Origin: Tubiluchus corallicola
Taxonomy: Eukaryota; Animalia; Priapulida
Direction of reading: 5' to 3'
Assembly: GCA_030141605.1 (NCBI GenBank)
Contig: JAQGDQ010000044.1
Location: 124,001-188,000, forward strand
DNA length: 64,000 nt
A program made the position numbers and the translations under genes. Position 1 is the stretch's first letter. Each line of letters starts with the position of its first letter. The notes under the pieces were generated by a model. That model saw only the letters and a list, made by a program, of their open reading frames with translations, made no database searches and was not told the DNA's origin. Shown piece after piece: positions 13,259 to 26,801 of this stretch.

Positions 13259-13379
13259 GTGAAGCAGCCAAGGAAAATGTGACGGTCACGTTTGAACTGC
13301 CGGCAGGCATGAAAAAAGATGAAAAACTGAAGACCTGCGTGACTTTCATGGCTTCGTCCACTGTCTTTCCTTTTACCAA
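13259..13379 (+). CDS. TMEM248: TMEM248 coding exon 3: (G)EAAKENVTVTFELPAGMKKDEKLKTCVTFMASSTVFPFT(K)
   Basis: ttttag acceptor and AA|gtaagt donor. Matches recalled human EEINITFTLP...ACMTLTASPGVFPVT. Confidence 0.93.
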
Positions 13380-14026
13380 GTAAGTAAATAATGCTGAAAC
13401 AAATTATCCATTGCATCAGTCTTCTGTTTTCTTAACTAGAAACCTTTTCATTCTTATAATCAAATAACACAGTTATTGTACCTGAAACCCAAAAATCAAT
13501 GAGCTAACCAAGAGTACCAAAGGTAAATGCACAATTCGATTATTGACATTTGACGTTAACCTTCCTGAACATACAAACACTAGAAGTTTGTATCTTGTCT
13601 TGGAAAACTGTTTACTGTGACCGTGTGCCACATGTATGGAAGTGTGTATTTTGCATACATCAAAATGGTAACTTTTGCCAAATGAAGTCTTGTTTGAAAT
13701 TATTTCACAGTATAATGACACCAGAACATGCAATTTATGCAGTGAATACACTTCCTATGGCATTTCGCCGCTTTGTTACATTTTTACGTTAAAATCCATT
13801 GTCAAAAAATACCATGTATCGAAAAACAAATAATCATTGATACTCTTAGCTGATCGCTAATAAATCAGGTGACGGAAAACGAAATCTGTGCTTCACATTT
13901 TCCCATTGTATTGTGCAATGCAGAATCAGTATTTGCTATACAGTTTATATTTAGATTAAGCAGGCATTTTCTTCTTTTTAATCCTGCATTGAGGTTATAC
14001 TAGTTAAACTTTTTTATTTATTGTAG

Positions 14027-14192
14027 AGCTCCAGAAAACTGCCTAATAAACCAGTCAGATGCATTCTATCAGCCTGTCACAATTGAGGGGCTTAAACTGC
14101 CATTGTACCCGCGATCTAATTGGTGCAATAATGGTACGAAAGTGTTCGTCCAATACACAGACAATCCGCACTTAACTGTGTATCTCACATTG
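14027..14192 (+). CDS. TMEM248: TMEM248 coding exon 4: APENCLINQSDAFY...NWCNNGTKVFVQYTDNPHLTVYLTL
   Basis: ttgtag acceptor and TTG|gtatgt donor; frame continuous with flanking exons. PxxC, WCxxG and NPxLTV motifs conserved. Confidence 0.93.
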
Positions 14193-15096
14193 GTATGTCA
14201 ATTTCGTCTAGTTCCTTTCATATTTTCCCTTTTAAAAACCTTTTATGCAGTAACATCGCAACCCTGACATTCTTTTGGTAGCTCTTTAGCTGTTTCTTAG
14301 CTGTTTGTTAGCTGAATTTCTCTCCCTGCTTTCTTGCAAAGAATCAGTTTTAAATAGCATCTTATCTGACAAGAATAAGTCATATGCTGTTCACCAATTA
14401 CATGTTTTATGATACATACTCACAGCTTAGCGATGGAACAGAAAAGCTATTTGCTTCAACTTCTTTACTAAAAGCTGTCAATTTAACATCATTTTGGTTT
14501 ATTCTCTCCCACCTTTTTATACTAGACTGCTGACTACAGATTTCTGGATTACACGTTCATTTACTTTGAGAGGTGTGTGTTTATAGCAATACAGTTGGAT
14601 TCTCATTAGATAAACTATGAATGCTGTTTTTTGATTTTACTAACCGTCATTGAACTGTTTTTTCCTTGGCATCACCCATTCTCTCAGGCATTTTCAGACA
14701 TGCAGTGGCTTGTCTGCTGAGAGCCTCCATGCCAGATTGAGCTGTAAAGTGTTAAAATTGACTTGTTTTTGCTCTACACAAACATCTAAATTACAAGAAA
14801 TAAGTATGTCCTGGATATATTCTTAATTGTCAGAGAATGAAGTTATATTTGAATGTAAATTTAAATTATAATGAAGATTAGAGTTAACCACTAACTCAGT
14901 ATCAATTTAGATATTTGTGGTTTATACCGTAGAACGCATAGAGCCAAGGTCTTTGATGGCCCATTTGAAATGTGCATTTAATTGGAGGTTAAGTAATAAT
15001 TGCACAGCACATTCAAGATCTGCAGCTTGTATGTAAAGTGAGCAAATTGCAAAATTATGGGCCTAGCTTGAAAATCCTGTAGTTTACTTCTCTGGT

Positions 15097-15174
15097 TAGG
15101 GGCTGGATTATGACCTTTTGAGGGCCCTTTGGCTAATGAATTATGGACCCCCTCAGGCAGAGCCACCCTCTAGC
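15097..15174 (+). mobile_element. Short dispersed repeat (hAT-MITE-like terminus); inverted copy at 23304-23380, related end at ~35275-35330
   Basis: taggggctggattatgaccttttgagggccc...gagccaccctcta aligns to the reverse complement of 23304-23380. Confidence 0.65.
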
Positions 15175-16174
15175 TCACCTGCACCTTTCTTGAATATTTT
15201 TACTCATGATATGTTTTAGTGACATTTACATATCTTGAAGTAAACTTATTACAAATTATTTAAATAAACCAGAATATTTATCTTTTGTTTGTCAAAAAAA
15301 TATTCTTTAAGAAATACCACTATTTGCATGCTTTCAAACCAAAACTGTCCATAAGTCAGCATAGTTAAAACTATGTTATCATGCTTGAAAATAAAGCAAG
15401 AATTAAGTCAAAAATGTCAATTTTTTGTTTTTTATAAAATTTTGTATTCTAGCATCAAATTATCAAAAAAATGTTGAAAAAATACTAAAAATTCAATTTT
15501 ATAATCCCATACCCACTTCTTTGGCTAAAAACTAGTACTGCAATAATGTAAAAAAAACTTGTATTTTCAAACTCCGACAATAGCTCGTAGAAGCAGTCAT
15601 TTTGCTACAGGTTTTTTTCTTGCCAGGCCTAGATCTTCATTAGTAAGAGCCATTTACAGGATTTAAATATAACTTCAGCATATTCTTACAGTCTATAGCA
15701 ACCAATATTTGTGCGGTTGCTAAGTGTTTTGCAGAAATGGGACGAAAACAATAGCTAACTTTAAAAGCATTTTTCTCAAGGTCATGTTTTCAGTGTGAAG
15801 CCTGCACCTCACCTTCCACATGGTTTATCTCAGCTTAGAAATAACATAGAGCGATGAAGTTGTATCAAAATAATCCTCATGAAATGGAGAATCAGGATGT
15901 GTGAATATCTAGAAAAGCTTAACTACCGACTTATGGACGATTTTGTTACGCAAGCACACATTTTACTATTTATTGGAAACCAAATTAGCACATATTTCAG
16001 CACAACCGTAGTAAAAGTAACATATTTTTTGACAAATGTTAGCAAAGCTTAAGGGGCCCTGGGTTACAGTTTATACTAGCTTATAGGATAATCCAGCCTT
16101 GGTGATACCAAGTTTTACCAAACAAACTGCAACTTTGCTTACGTAATGCATATTTGTTTTTCTTTTGTTGACAG

Positions 16175-16315
16175 AGCGATCGATCGTTAGTAAACCTGCA
16201 TCTAATGCACACTAGCTATTTCTTGTTCATAATGGTCATGACATTGCTTGCTTATGCTCTGCTAAGAGGACGGCCAAAGAACTTCGTCAAGAATGGTGTA
16301 CTGGTCAATGAGAAG
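16175..16315 (+). CDS. TMEM248: TMEM248 coding exon 5: SDRSLVNLHLMHTSYFLFIMVMTLLAYALLRGRPKNFVKNGVLVNEK
   Basis: Near-identical to recalled human DRSLINLHLMHTSYFLFVMVITMFCYAVIKGRP. gacag acceptor; AAG|gtgggt donor. Confidence 0.96.
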
Positions 16316-17402
16316 GTGGGTCAGTTTCTCGTGGTCCAACTTATGTTAATTGTATGTTAAATTTGAATTTTGTTTATTTGAAATAATTTGAAATACAGTG
16401 CATATGAGAGTGCACATTACAGAAATTTCATAAATTAAATTACCAGCATAATTTATTAGCAGTAGAAAAAATATATACTGTAGCACTATGTGCTGAACTT
16501 ATAATATATGAATGTGATGTCCCACCTAGGTTCTCAATAGACAGGTTAGCTAGTTGGTTCTGTTTTCACCTTGAAGGAGAGCTGATATGTTACTGTTTAA
16601 TTTTCTCTATTTCGTCGTCACACATTTTGATGGCACAGAATGTGTCTCATTGTCAAGGCTAAACCTTTAACATGAGGCGCTAGACCAACAGTGTGTCGCA
16701 GCCACATTATGATGCGCTCAACAAAGGAAACAAACAGATTCATTATAGTGAACAAAACTGCCCATGTCGAATATTGCATCCGGCAGTTGTGCAAACATTT
16801 GCTGATATGTTTCGGCTATGCTTAACTTCGATAACGACAGATGCACTGTGATTCAGCTGTTTGGCTCATTCCATGATCGCTGTTGGGCTTTCCTATTTGT
16901 GTTAATTCACTAAATCATTGGACACTTGAAGTGCTTCCTTTGATTTAATATCTGATCCTTTGTTTGTTAATAGAGTCAAGCTGTACTTGATGTACGACTA
17001 ATACATGTAATGGTTTGTTTGTTTTGAGAAACAGATAGATATAATTAGACTGAAAATTCTAGAATGGTTTTTGCTGTACTCATCATATTTCAATAAGGTG
17101 TGTAACACAACAAAACTCATGACTGATACTGTTAATAATGCTGACTGCATGCATGCATGCATGACTTATTACTGCAATGACTGACGATAATGGTACCTTT
17201 ATGGGATGACAATCTAGCCAAGTGAAGGAACTTTACACTAATGACACTGATTTAAATCTTGATGTTTTAGCCCCTTTTCTCCTGCATTTGTCAGTAACTC
17301 TGTTAAAACGAGTAACGACTAGTTAACAGTTGCAATTTTGATACTAAGTGCACTGCTACAGGCTACATAAATGTTATTGCTGTATATCATTTTATGTTTC
17401 AG

Positions 17403-17420
17403 ATACCTCTTGAAGCGTAA
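17403..17420 (+). CDS. TMEM248: TMEM248 last coding exon: IPLEA-stop (total protein 289 aa)
   Basis: tttatgtttcag acceptor, then ATA CCT CTT GAA GCG TAA. Corresponds to the recalled human C-terminus VALAEA. Confidence 0.8.
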   Translation: MPLEA

Positions 17421-20400
17421 AGAGACAAAATTCTTCGTTACTTCTGAGTCATCCTGCACATAACGTATTCACAGTTGCTAACCTAGTGAAACTCTTTTAA
17501 AATCAGCGCACTCTGAAACCTACCAGTATTAGGTTCATTTGCTTAAAATTGTATTCAGTGAGTTTGAATTTTAGTTGCGAGCTGATTGATGTCATTGATG
17601 CCCACGATGAATCTCTGCACAGGTGTGTGCCATATGTCACTCTCTGATAATTGTCATAAAATGTCGATCTTTTTACCTTTTATCAAATTTTCTTCATCTA
17701 TTCATTAATCGTTACATACAATTTCAAAAACTTCTTGCTTTTTCAATGCATTATCTGATCTCTGCACAAATATATTAGAATTGTTTCTTGCATTGTCTCT
17801 GTGTTGTTCAAATTCATCTAGTTCCCATTGTTCCTTGTCCATAGTTCTATTTTACTATTGTTCCATTATTAAAGACAATTATACTCTATTGTCTCTGCAC
17901 CATAGGTTTAAATTCTTCACATGCACAGAGACAGATCCTTAGCCATCATATCAATCAATAATTCGTAACATGGCACCCTTTGTTTGCTAAAACAGCAGGC
18001 CATAGAATTTGCTTTGAAAAATGGTATCCATTGTGCCTCAGTTCTTGTGGGAGTCTAAGCACAGTCACTCTCTTTGTGCACGCATGGTATCTAATTGAAT
18101 GGCCTGCATCTTATTAGTTTCACTGCATTGTTTGTTTGCTATTCTGTGCATTAAATTGTTCAGTTTGCATTGTTATTTCTATATTGTTACATGTTCTGAG
18201 TTTACTGCATTGTCTCTGTTTTCTCAGTGCATTCATCAGCTTTGCTTCTCCGTTTTCACCTTATATGTTGAACAAAGAACTGTGTTCAGTTCAGACCGCT
18301 TTGTTACCGCATTCATATCTCGGTTTAAGGAACCTCACTCTTACAGATATCAGAAAATTTGGACAAAATCTGGTCCGTAGAAAGTCCTGCATATTATGGA
18401 CACAGTATTTCTTAAACTGACTGCTAGTTGGCGGACCTTTGTGTGTAGCTTGTATGTCAGCGTGTTTAGTAGCTTAATCAGCATGTGTGGTGGTTTAGAA
18501 TCAAGAAGGCAGAGTTATATGAGTCAGTTGCTTGCAGTTTTTATATATTTTTGCACGGGAGTGGCTCGTACTAGACGTTTTTGAGACAATTAGGCGATTG
18601 ATTCTATATTACTTTGAGTGTAATACACGGCGCCTACTGTATTAGCTTAGTATCGGAAAATACGGACAATTGGCAAATTCGGATCGACATTTCCCTACTG
18701 TTGTCTGGCAAACCGAGATATGCGTGTATTCCACTTGTAGCAAATTAGCAATGTTTTGGGATTTGTGTATCAATTGTATTACGTATAGATAACATTTGTG
18801 AGTGATTCTTAGCTGAGCTTAGCTTTAGCATGTTTCATTTAGGACACTAGACACAATTAAATGTTGTGCACATTTTTTGTATGCGTACATTACGAGTATG
18901 TACATATTTTACTGGAGCATTTTCAGTTCAGCTGTGATATAAGATAGGTGTGAATAATAATTCTGATTATAACTGGATTTGGAAATTGTAAATACGTTTG
19001 TGTGTGGCATTTATCGTACATACATTATGCAATATGCATTGTATGCAATCTTCTTGGCTTGGGGAAGTTTTTCAGGAACTGAAATTCACTATTATTTTGA
19101 CTTCTAATAGTTTAGCTCAGACTTCTGTGTTTTTATATGTACTGTTTCCCTAGATCAGACCTTCATATAATACTGATAGGCGGTGCTTAAGTAATGACTT
19201 CACTTAATCCATGCCAGATTGTGTTTCTGGAAATTTTCTGTTATTACGGTACTTGTGGTGACAGTGACATAACATTTTTTTACCGATAACTCCATTAACA
19301 GTAAAACCTTCAAAAGCCAGTTCATTTCCAAAAAAATCCATTCAGATCTTAATCACTACTCTTAATGATCAATTTTTTTGGGTTAATATGTTTTTACTTT
19401 TGCCACTTGCGCCAAAATGAGGAAGCCTTTGGTTATTGCTTACTAGCGCTACATTGTTGTGTGGAAAAGGCTGTTTCGTACAGCAAGGTTTAGGCAAGTT
19501 AATCAATTTCATTCATATGTTGGCTTATCGAAAATCATTTCATAAGCATCTGCAACACATGCAGACCTGCCAACTATTGGATGTAAAAATGAGTGTGGAA
19601 ATGGAAAGCACGGGGATCATTTCGCCCCTGGCAGGTGTCCGGGGAGCTAATTATACCCCAGAATTTTTTTTTGCTTTTTTGGGTATTACTGAGCTTTCTT
19701 GTGCTGTTATTGCAGTTTATCTGTTTTCTGTTTTCTTTATGTAAGTGTATCTTTAACATGATATGTTATTTAAAAACATTGAGTTTGTGCAGTTATATGA
19801 TATGCACAATATTGCAGTTCCTTGTCAATAAATATTAAGTTGTGAATTGATGTATCAGAGACTTTTTAGGAATTTTTGGTATTTTTTGTGATATCGTATT
19901 AGATTATGTTTCTGAAGTGTTCTTACGAGCTGTTTGCAGGACTGATAAATTATGATATTTGAACGTCTAACAATGGTTTAGGATAAACGTATCTATCTCT
20001 CTACTAGTTATTGTTGCGTTCGTAGTAGCACATGTCAGGTGATCGTTAGATACCTCATATGCTTTCTACAATTGTAATTTATTAATAACATATAGTAATA
20101 CATACTAACATCATAATAATTCTTCACTTGCAGTTTTGACAATTCATTGTTATTTTATTTAATATGTAATAACGGGACAGGAATCATTATAACATTGTTA
20201 TTGCTAATTCAACATTGCCTAAATTAAATTTAACTGCATATTGTTGGTTTTCTGACTTGTAAGAACCAATTACGCCTTTTTGTATTATATCCAATGGCCT
20301 GTTTTTGTTGTTAATTACCAATACGATAGTGTTGTTTACATGTTACAGTGTTGTTTGTTGTTACTATGTTTATTACTTGCGTTCATTGTGTCTTTCAAAT

Positions 20401-23400
20401 GAATATCAGTTTTATTATAATAGTTTTTAGTTTTTGTTAATTAAGCAGCAGCATCAAGCAATGTTTGCAAATTACCAAACCAATATATGATTTATAAAGG
20501 TAATAAGTTTTTGGTAGTGTGTACAGTAAGCAGTGTTGTCATAGGTTTGAGAGCTATTATATTTTTGGACAAAAAAGGTTGGTGACATTTGAGCTAATTT
20601 CTTTGTTAGCTGAAATGTTTAGTTGGCAAACTTTAGCCAGAAAATGTTTATTAATACCTTAGTAATCAATTATATTGTAAAGTTTTCAGAATTTTCTAGG
20701 CAGCGCATGTTATCCAGCTAAGATTCATGCTTCAGCCTTAAATGAATGTTATGATCCATTGTTTATGTGCAGGCTGGCTTACTGAGCTACTGAGTCTGTC
20801 ATGAAAAGTTGAGCAACAGTATAGCATATATTGTAGACGGATGGGTGCACCCATCAGATCTGTCAGTATATATTTAAATGGTTTTATCTCTATGACTATG
20901 ATTGAGTTCAAGACTAGTAGTCTAAACACTTAACTGTTATAGACTTCATGTAAATACTAAAACACATGGATTTCTCTTCTCTTAAATTTTTATGAAAAAT
21001 ACATTTGCTATTATGTATCTATGATTCATATTAGTGACATTACATAAACTGGAACATTTTAGGTCATTTAAAGACCTTTATACTGCCTCTTGTTGGTGAA
21101 AAATTAAATAGAAATAATTTACTTTGAGAAAAACTTCTTTTATTAATGTAGACAATAATAGGCCTATATTTTGCTAGTGTAGAATGCACAACAAAACGTT
21201 TGTATATATTATTACATGGATATAACTACATTGTCCACTGAAGCAAATATATTGCCATGTTAATATTTCTTGCATTCAATAAAAACATGGGTGCATTTTC
21301 ATCGAAATTTGAAACCTCTTGCTAAACTTATTTGACAAAGACAGTAACTCAATTTGACTACTAGGTATTCTATCTATATTGTATGCTGTGCGCTGTATGC
21401 TGTAACTATCATTGTTGATTTGCCGTCTGTAACTGTATAGGTTGATTTTTGTTGGTTGCATTCAATAAATTCATTATAATGTTAGATAATTTTAGGTTAT
21501 TTTGTTTACCTAAGCTGTAATGTATAATGAAATGCATTTTAAAATAATTATCAACTTTATTCGAACATGAATTTTGAGTTACATCGTGCAGATAAAAATT
21601 AAAAACACACTGCAAAAAATACTTACAATAAGATATGTACAATCAATAGAAAGAAATAAAAAAAAACACATAGAGAAGATGCCTTTAAAAACTGTATATT
21701 AATTAACACGTATTTCATTAGTAATACAGTCAATATTATGTGTCTTCAAGTACATCACAGTGTGTACATTTTCACGCAAATCAATCATTTCTTTTAAGAC
21801 ACTAACTTTACTTTTAATATCAACAGAATGTTTTTAAAGTACTTGTTTAAAATACCAGTGCGTGCAGACGTCAAATTATGAGTCACGAATCTTATTTCTG
21901 AGTATAAGTTTTGAGTAACATTGCTACAAAAAGACGAGATAGGGTTACAATAGCCGTGTGAGTCACGTGATTAATCATTGGCAGTTTTGGCACATGATGA
22001 TTTAAACAGGAGTTGGCAAATTTGCAGAATCCCAGTTTAAAGCTTACACATGTATTTGTAAATTTAAGCGGTCAGAAAAAAGCAATGTAAAGTACAGTTT
22101 GTACTGTAGCTTCGTACCAACATGTGAAATAACAAAAACATGAGACAAACTTCCAGGCAGGGTTTTAGCAAAGCAGAAGGTAGCAAAACCACAAATTTAA
22201 TTACAGAGATTATAAACTCCAGTCAAAGCAGTCTATATTGTACTACATGTTATCATTCCAAAGGTTACTAGTGTAAACAACTCGTCACTCTGGATGCTAT
22301 TGTGGGCAGTTAAAAGCTGCTGATCGCTAATATTTATTGATGAGAAATGTTGATCTATACTGTTATACCATTAGCATGCTATATACTACAGATCCCAATT
22401 CCAACTACTCATCATTCCAAACACTGTACACGAATATTTTCATGTTTTAGGTCAAATTTAATGACCAAGTTTAAAAGCAATGACAGAGTTAAAGAAAAAA
22501 CGCTCAGTTTGTAAAATAAAGAAAACTCTCTGGTGTTGCTTACATTATAATATTTTCCTATCCAAATTAGACTTTTTCCAGAAATCTGCTCATTCTTAAA
22601 AATTTTAACAAACAGCTTATTTCACGGTTCGGTGTTTTTAACGCGTATTGAAACTCGCAAAGAGGACAGTTGCTGACTTACACTAATTTCATCTAAAAAA
22701 TTCTCATCAGTACACCATTAGACATCAAAAGAGAAGCCTCTCATTAGCATCATGAGAAGTTGCTGGTGACAAGGCGCCATGTACTAAAGTGATTGCAAGA
22801 GTCATGTCAGAGAACGTATGACTTCAGAAATAAAACGACGAAATTGAAACTCGAATCTATCTTATATGCAATATAAGCGTACGTTTTCGTGTTTATTTTA
22901 ATTCTACACATTTTCTTTTCATTATGCCAGTGTTCACAACGTGGAGTGATAATTAGCTCATGAGTTTTACAACAAAATTAGATTGTTGGTTTGTGTCTGG
23001 GTGACAAGGTTAAAATTAATGTGTCCAGGACCGGATTATCCTATAGGCTAGTATAGGGTGTAGTCTAGGACCCTCAAGCTTTGGTAACATTTGAGAAAAA
23101 CCTGTTTTGTCATCGCGCTTGTGTTGAAATATGCGCTTATTTGGTTCGCAATAAATAGCAAAATCGTAGTATTTCTTAAAGAATGTTTTTAAAGACAAAC
23201 ATACGATAGCTATTGTAGTTTATTTTACTTTATTTAATTTCAAGTTACGTAAACGTCACTAAAAGATATCACCGGTAAAAATATTCAAGAAGGGTGCCAA
23301 CGAGTTAGAGGGTGGCTCCGTCTGAGGGAGCCCCATATTTCATTGGCCTAGGGCCCAAAAAGGTCGTAATTTGACCCTGAATATGTCTTTGTGGCATTAA

Positions 23401-24539
23401 GTGAGACGCCGTGTGGCCTTTCACTCCAGTAACTACTACTACAAGGTATCGTTCAAGGTCAACATTATATCATTATGACTGCTGGGAATTCAAATTCGCA
23501 AAAAGTCCATATAATAATTACTAGGGCAGACAGTGCGGCATGTTCATTAGACAACAGACAGTGCAGCGTGCTAATTAGGCAACTTATTTGCACTTATCAT
23601 TATCTCTTTGTCCCCAGAGCGTTTTTCCATTATATAATTTATACTATGACCGTGAACTGCATATTCAGTATTTCGATCGTGATTGTCAAGGCCCATGGTT
23701 GTGTAGGCGCGTTAACAAGGAATAATGTAGCAATGTTTGGTTTTCCAATTCAATAGTGTTTGGTTCAAATCCAATCTATGTCCTGTCTTTTCCACATTTT
23801 CTTTCTTTCTGTCTAATTTGGTTTAAAAAGAATAATTAACTGTGTGTTTATTCCTTTTGCTAACTGAAAATTTTAGAATTAAAATTATAAAAAATGGCAT
23901 CAAATTACTAACAATAATTTTGCAGCTTTTTCAATGTCTGTGAATCTTCCTAGCCAAACTCAGAGGGCTGCAATAAAGGACCTCGTTGGAATTAAGAGGG
24001 TCATTTGGTTTAGTTTTATGTGTCATCATCTGATATTATGCTTCTACTTATCCACAATATAAGATTTTTTCATAATTTTTTGCATCTTCATTTTATTCCC
24101 GGCTTAGGCCTACACTTATAACTTGGAACTGTGTTTCTCTGCATTTTTAATGTTAAAAGAAAAGTAAGGGTAATTGTAAAGTGTGTCCAAAAAACTTTTT
24201 CTACTAACTTATACTAGGCCCCCTACTAAAGATTTATCAGTTTGTGAGCCAGACCCTCAAAATTTGGTCATCGGTACCAGACAGAGCAGCAAATTCTAAC
24301 ATTGCATTCTGAAAAGGTGTTTATCTTATGCAGTTTCCCCATCCCAGTGTGAACTGCTCACCAAGAAACATTATAAATTTACAAATTTTATACAGCCGTA
24401 CTACAAATAAATGCTCTTTACGCACTAAAACAGCTTGTATGTAATACAAAATTTCAAGACGAATTTTTTAACATTTGTTGATGGATTTTGTTTTCGTGTT
24501 TAAGTTGTCGTGATCGTGTTGTATCAAGCTTTGCCATAA

Positions 24540-24706
24540 TAGGGTTTGAACCCAAATCGCAATAGCAGTGAGTGCAAGTTCAAAGCTCTGTAAAAACCAT
24601 CCGACTCTATTTGACCATCACGGTAGTTTTGTCAAATAACTGTTACTCTGACGTTTTTGTCCAGAACTAATTTGCACCCACATTTTGTAACGTAGTTCAA
24701 ACCCTA
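24540..24706. mobile_element. Small MITE with 12-bp TIRs (hAT-like TAGGG ends)
   Basis: tagggtttgaac ... gttcaaacccta perfect inverted termini; TSD not clean. Confidence 0.55.
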
Positions 24707-26719
24707 CCATACCAATAAATAAAAGATAATAATTTTTGTTCTTCATTTTTTGTTTCTAGCCAATATCTAATTATTGCTCTCGGAAAGCATTACTTACCTC
24801 TTCACCAGGGAGATCTGTTTCTTGAAAGAAATAGGAAGCCATTTCCCTTGGCTGTTGTCTAGTATTTTCTTACTTTGCTCTGAATTACTATTGCTCAGGT
24901 GATTTATTAAAAGTTACGCGCTCTTTGATCTTTGCAGCAGTAGCAGCACAATAAGTGTAGAGTTTTCTCTCACGCAATAAATTAAATGTACAAACTAATG
25001 AATCAGGCAGTAATAATTAAGTACAAATCAACTGAAATGCGTGAGAATAAATTATTGTTAATAGCCATATTTTTGTCAGTAGTTGATTTTGTGTGCACTT
25101 TTATTTGGTTTGCTTGGACATTTTCCCAGATACTACATTACAGGTGAAGTGTAATGGACGCTCATTTATTTATTTATTTATTTATTTATTCTATCAATTA
25201 AAATTTTATATTTGTAACAATTGAAAAATATTTACAGTATTATATAGTGGTATTTATATAGTAATATTCACAGTATTATAGTGATATTTAAAATAATTAA
25301 AGTGTAATCAAAGGTGTGTCAGCAATGTTTAATTGATGTTAAAAATGTTAATAGATAACTATTATAGAAAAGAATAATTATTATTAAATTATATCTGATA
25401 AGACTATCAGACTAAATCGTTCTACTAATGTTCATCTCTTACATGATGAGAGACAGGTCGGTTGCTTTTTTCTAAACTTAGAAAGGGGGAGAGGTCGCAA
25501 TGCCAAGACACTCAAACCTCCTCTCAGTTCTGAGAGAGTTTGTTAATACGAGTTTGAAGCACAGCGGCTATAAGATTGAATTTAATCGATTTGCCCACTG
25601 AGATTTTCCTGTAAAAATGGAATTCGCTTCCAGAGGCCATCTGACACGCCCTTACTGGGATAGAATTGCTTCAATACTGAAACATTGGAACAATTGCGTT
25701 AAGTTTTTCGACGAGCAATCACACTTAATGTAACGCAGAGAAGTTATTTGCATCAGTTTCCCCAGCATGCAGCCCTGTGAAACAGCAGACAGGCTACATC
25801 AACATTGAAGCCAGACGAAGAGCGCGCGTTTAGCTGCGCGCCACTTAGCGGGGAAGACACTCTGCTTCCTGACACGGTGATGAAGCCACAACATTCCAGG
25901 ACAGTGTTTGCTGACAACACGAAGCTGGTGAAGCGTTGTTTATAGACTCTGGTGATAGAAGTTATGAAAGGGCGGGAAGGTGGCTAGTTATAATGTTGAT
26001 AAGCGGTCTGCTTCAGCGACATCTATCGGACACAAAAAAATCATGGACGTAACGTTTATTGTGATGTCTGTTTTCTACTTAAGCTTGGCGTAAGTGTATT
26101 ATTATTTATTTACTTAAGATTCGAGATTGAGTAACTGTTTCGGATTTTGAATTGGCATTTGAAGTTTATTTTGAATTGGCATTTGAAGTTCTGCTTCGTC
26201 TACGTTAAGAAGTTTGTTCTTTCGCTTTTTAACTCATTACAACCTGACTCATGTTTATCTAAAGTGTAAGGTACAACAGCCGTGTACCTGACGTATCAAC
26301 TAATTCATGATGTAGCATAACAATGTAATAGCAACAGTATGATAAAAGCCTTCAAATGACTAATAATACAAAGAATGTTGAACTTGAAGATTGTGAAAAG
26401 AAAACAGAAATAAAAATGTAAAATGACAATAAGTATGGCGTTAAAGGTGACTTCGGGCAGGGAAATACAGTTAAAAGAGAAAAATGTCTTTGCGAGCTTC
26501 CAAGAGTTAATAAAAGCTTATGGTTTTACCTTTAAAATAACAGCAATTTTTTGCGAGTGAGCAAAAGACCAAAAACAAAAAACGGCGCCATCAGCTTGGC
26601 TTGTCTCCAAAGCAAGTGAGGCAATTTGTGTACTTTAATTTATTTGTTTGTTGGACGTTGATTTTATTTTACCTTTTTAGCTAAAAGGAGTTCCTTTTCT
26701 GCAGTTTTGAACGCTAGTA

Positions 26720-26801
26720 GTGGGAATTTTCCCGTTTCTCACCTCTACACCATGCGTGGGAATCGTATCTATTTCCTATCTTCACTTAAGTGGGAATTCC
26801 C
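26720..26801. promoter_or_regulatory. Cluster of NF-kB/Rel and CSL (Su(H)/RBPJ) motifs
   Basis: GTGGGAATTTTCCC 26720-33, TTCTCAC 26736-42, CGTGGGAA 26755-62, GTGGGAATTCCC 26790-801. Confidence 0.45.

Noticed and set aside
24470-24588. Second exon for the MASYFF candidate (SFELALTAIAIW...)
   Set aside because: The acceptor lies inside a MITE and the peptide has no recognisable homology.
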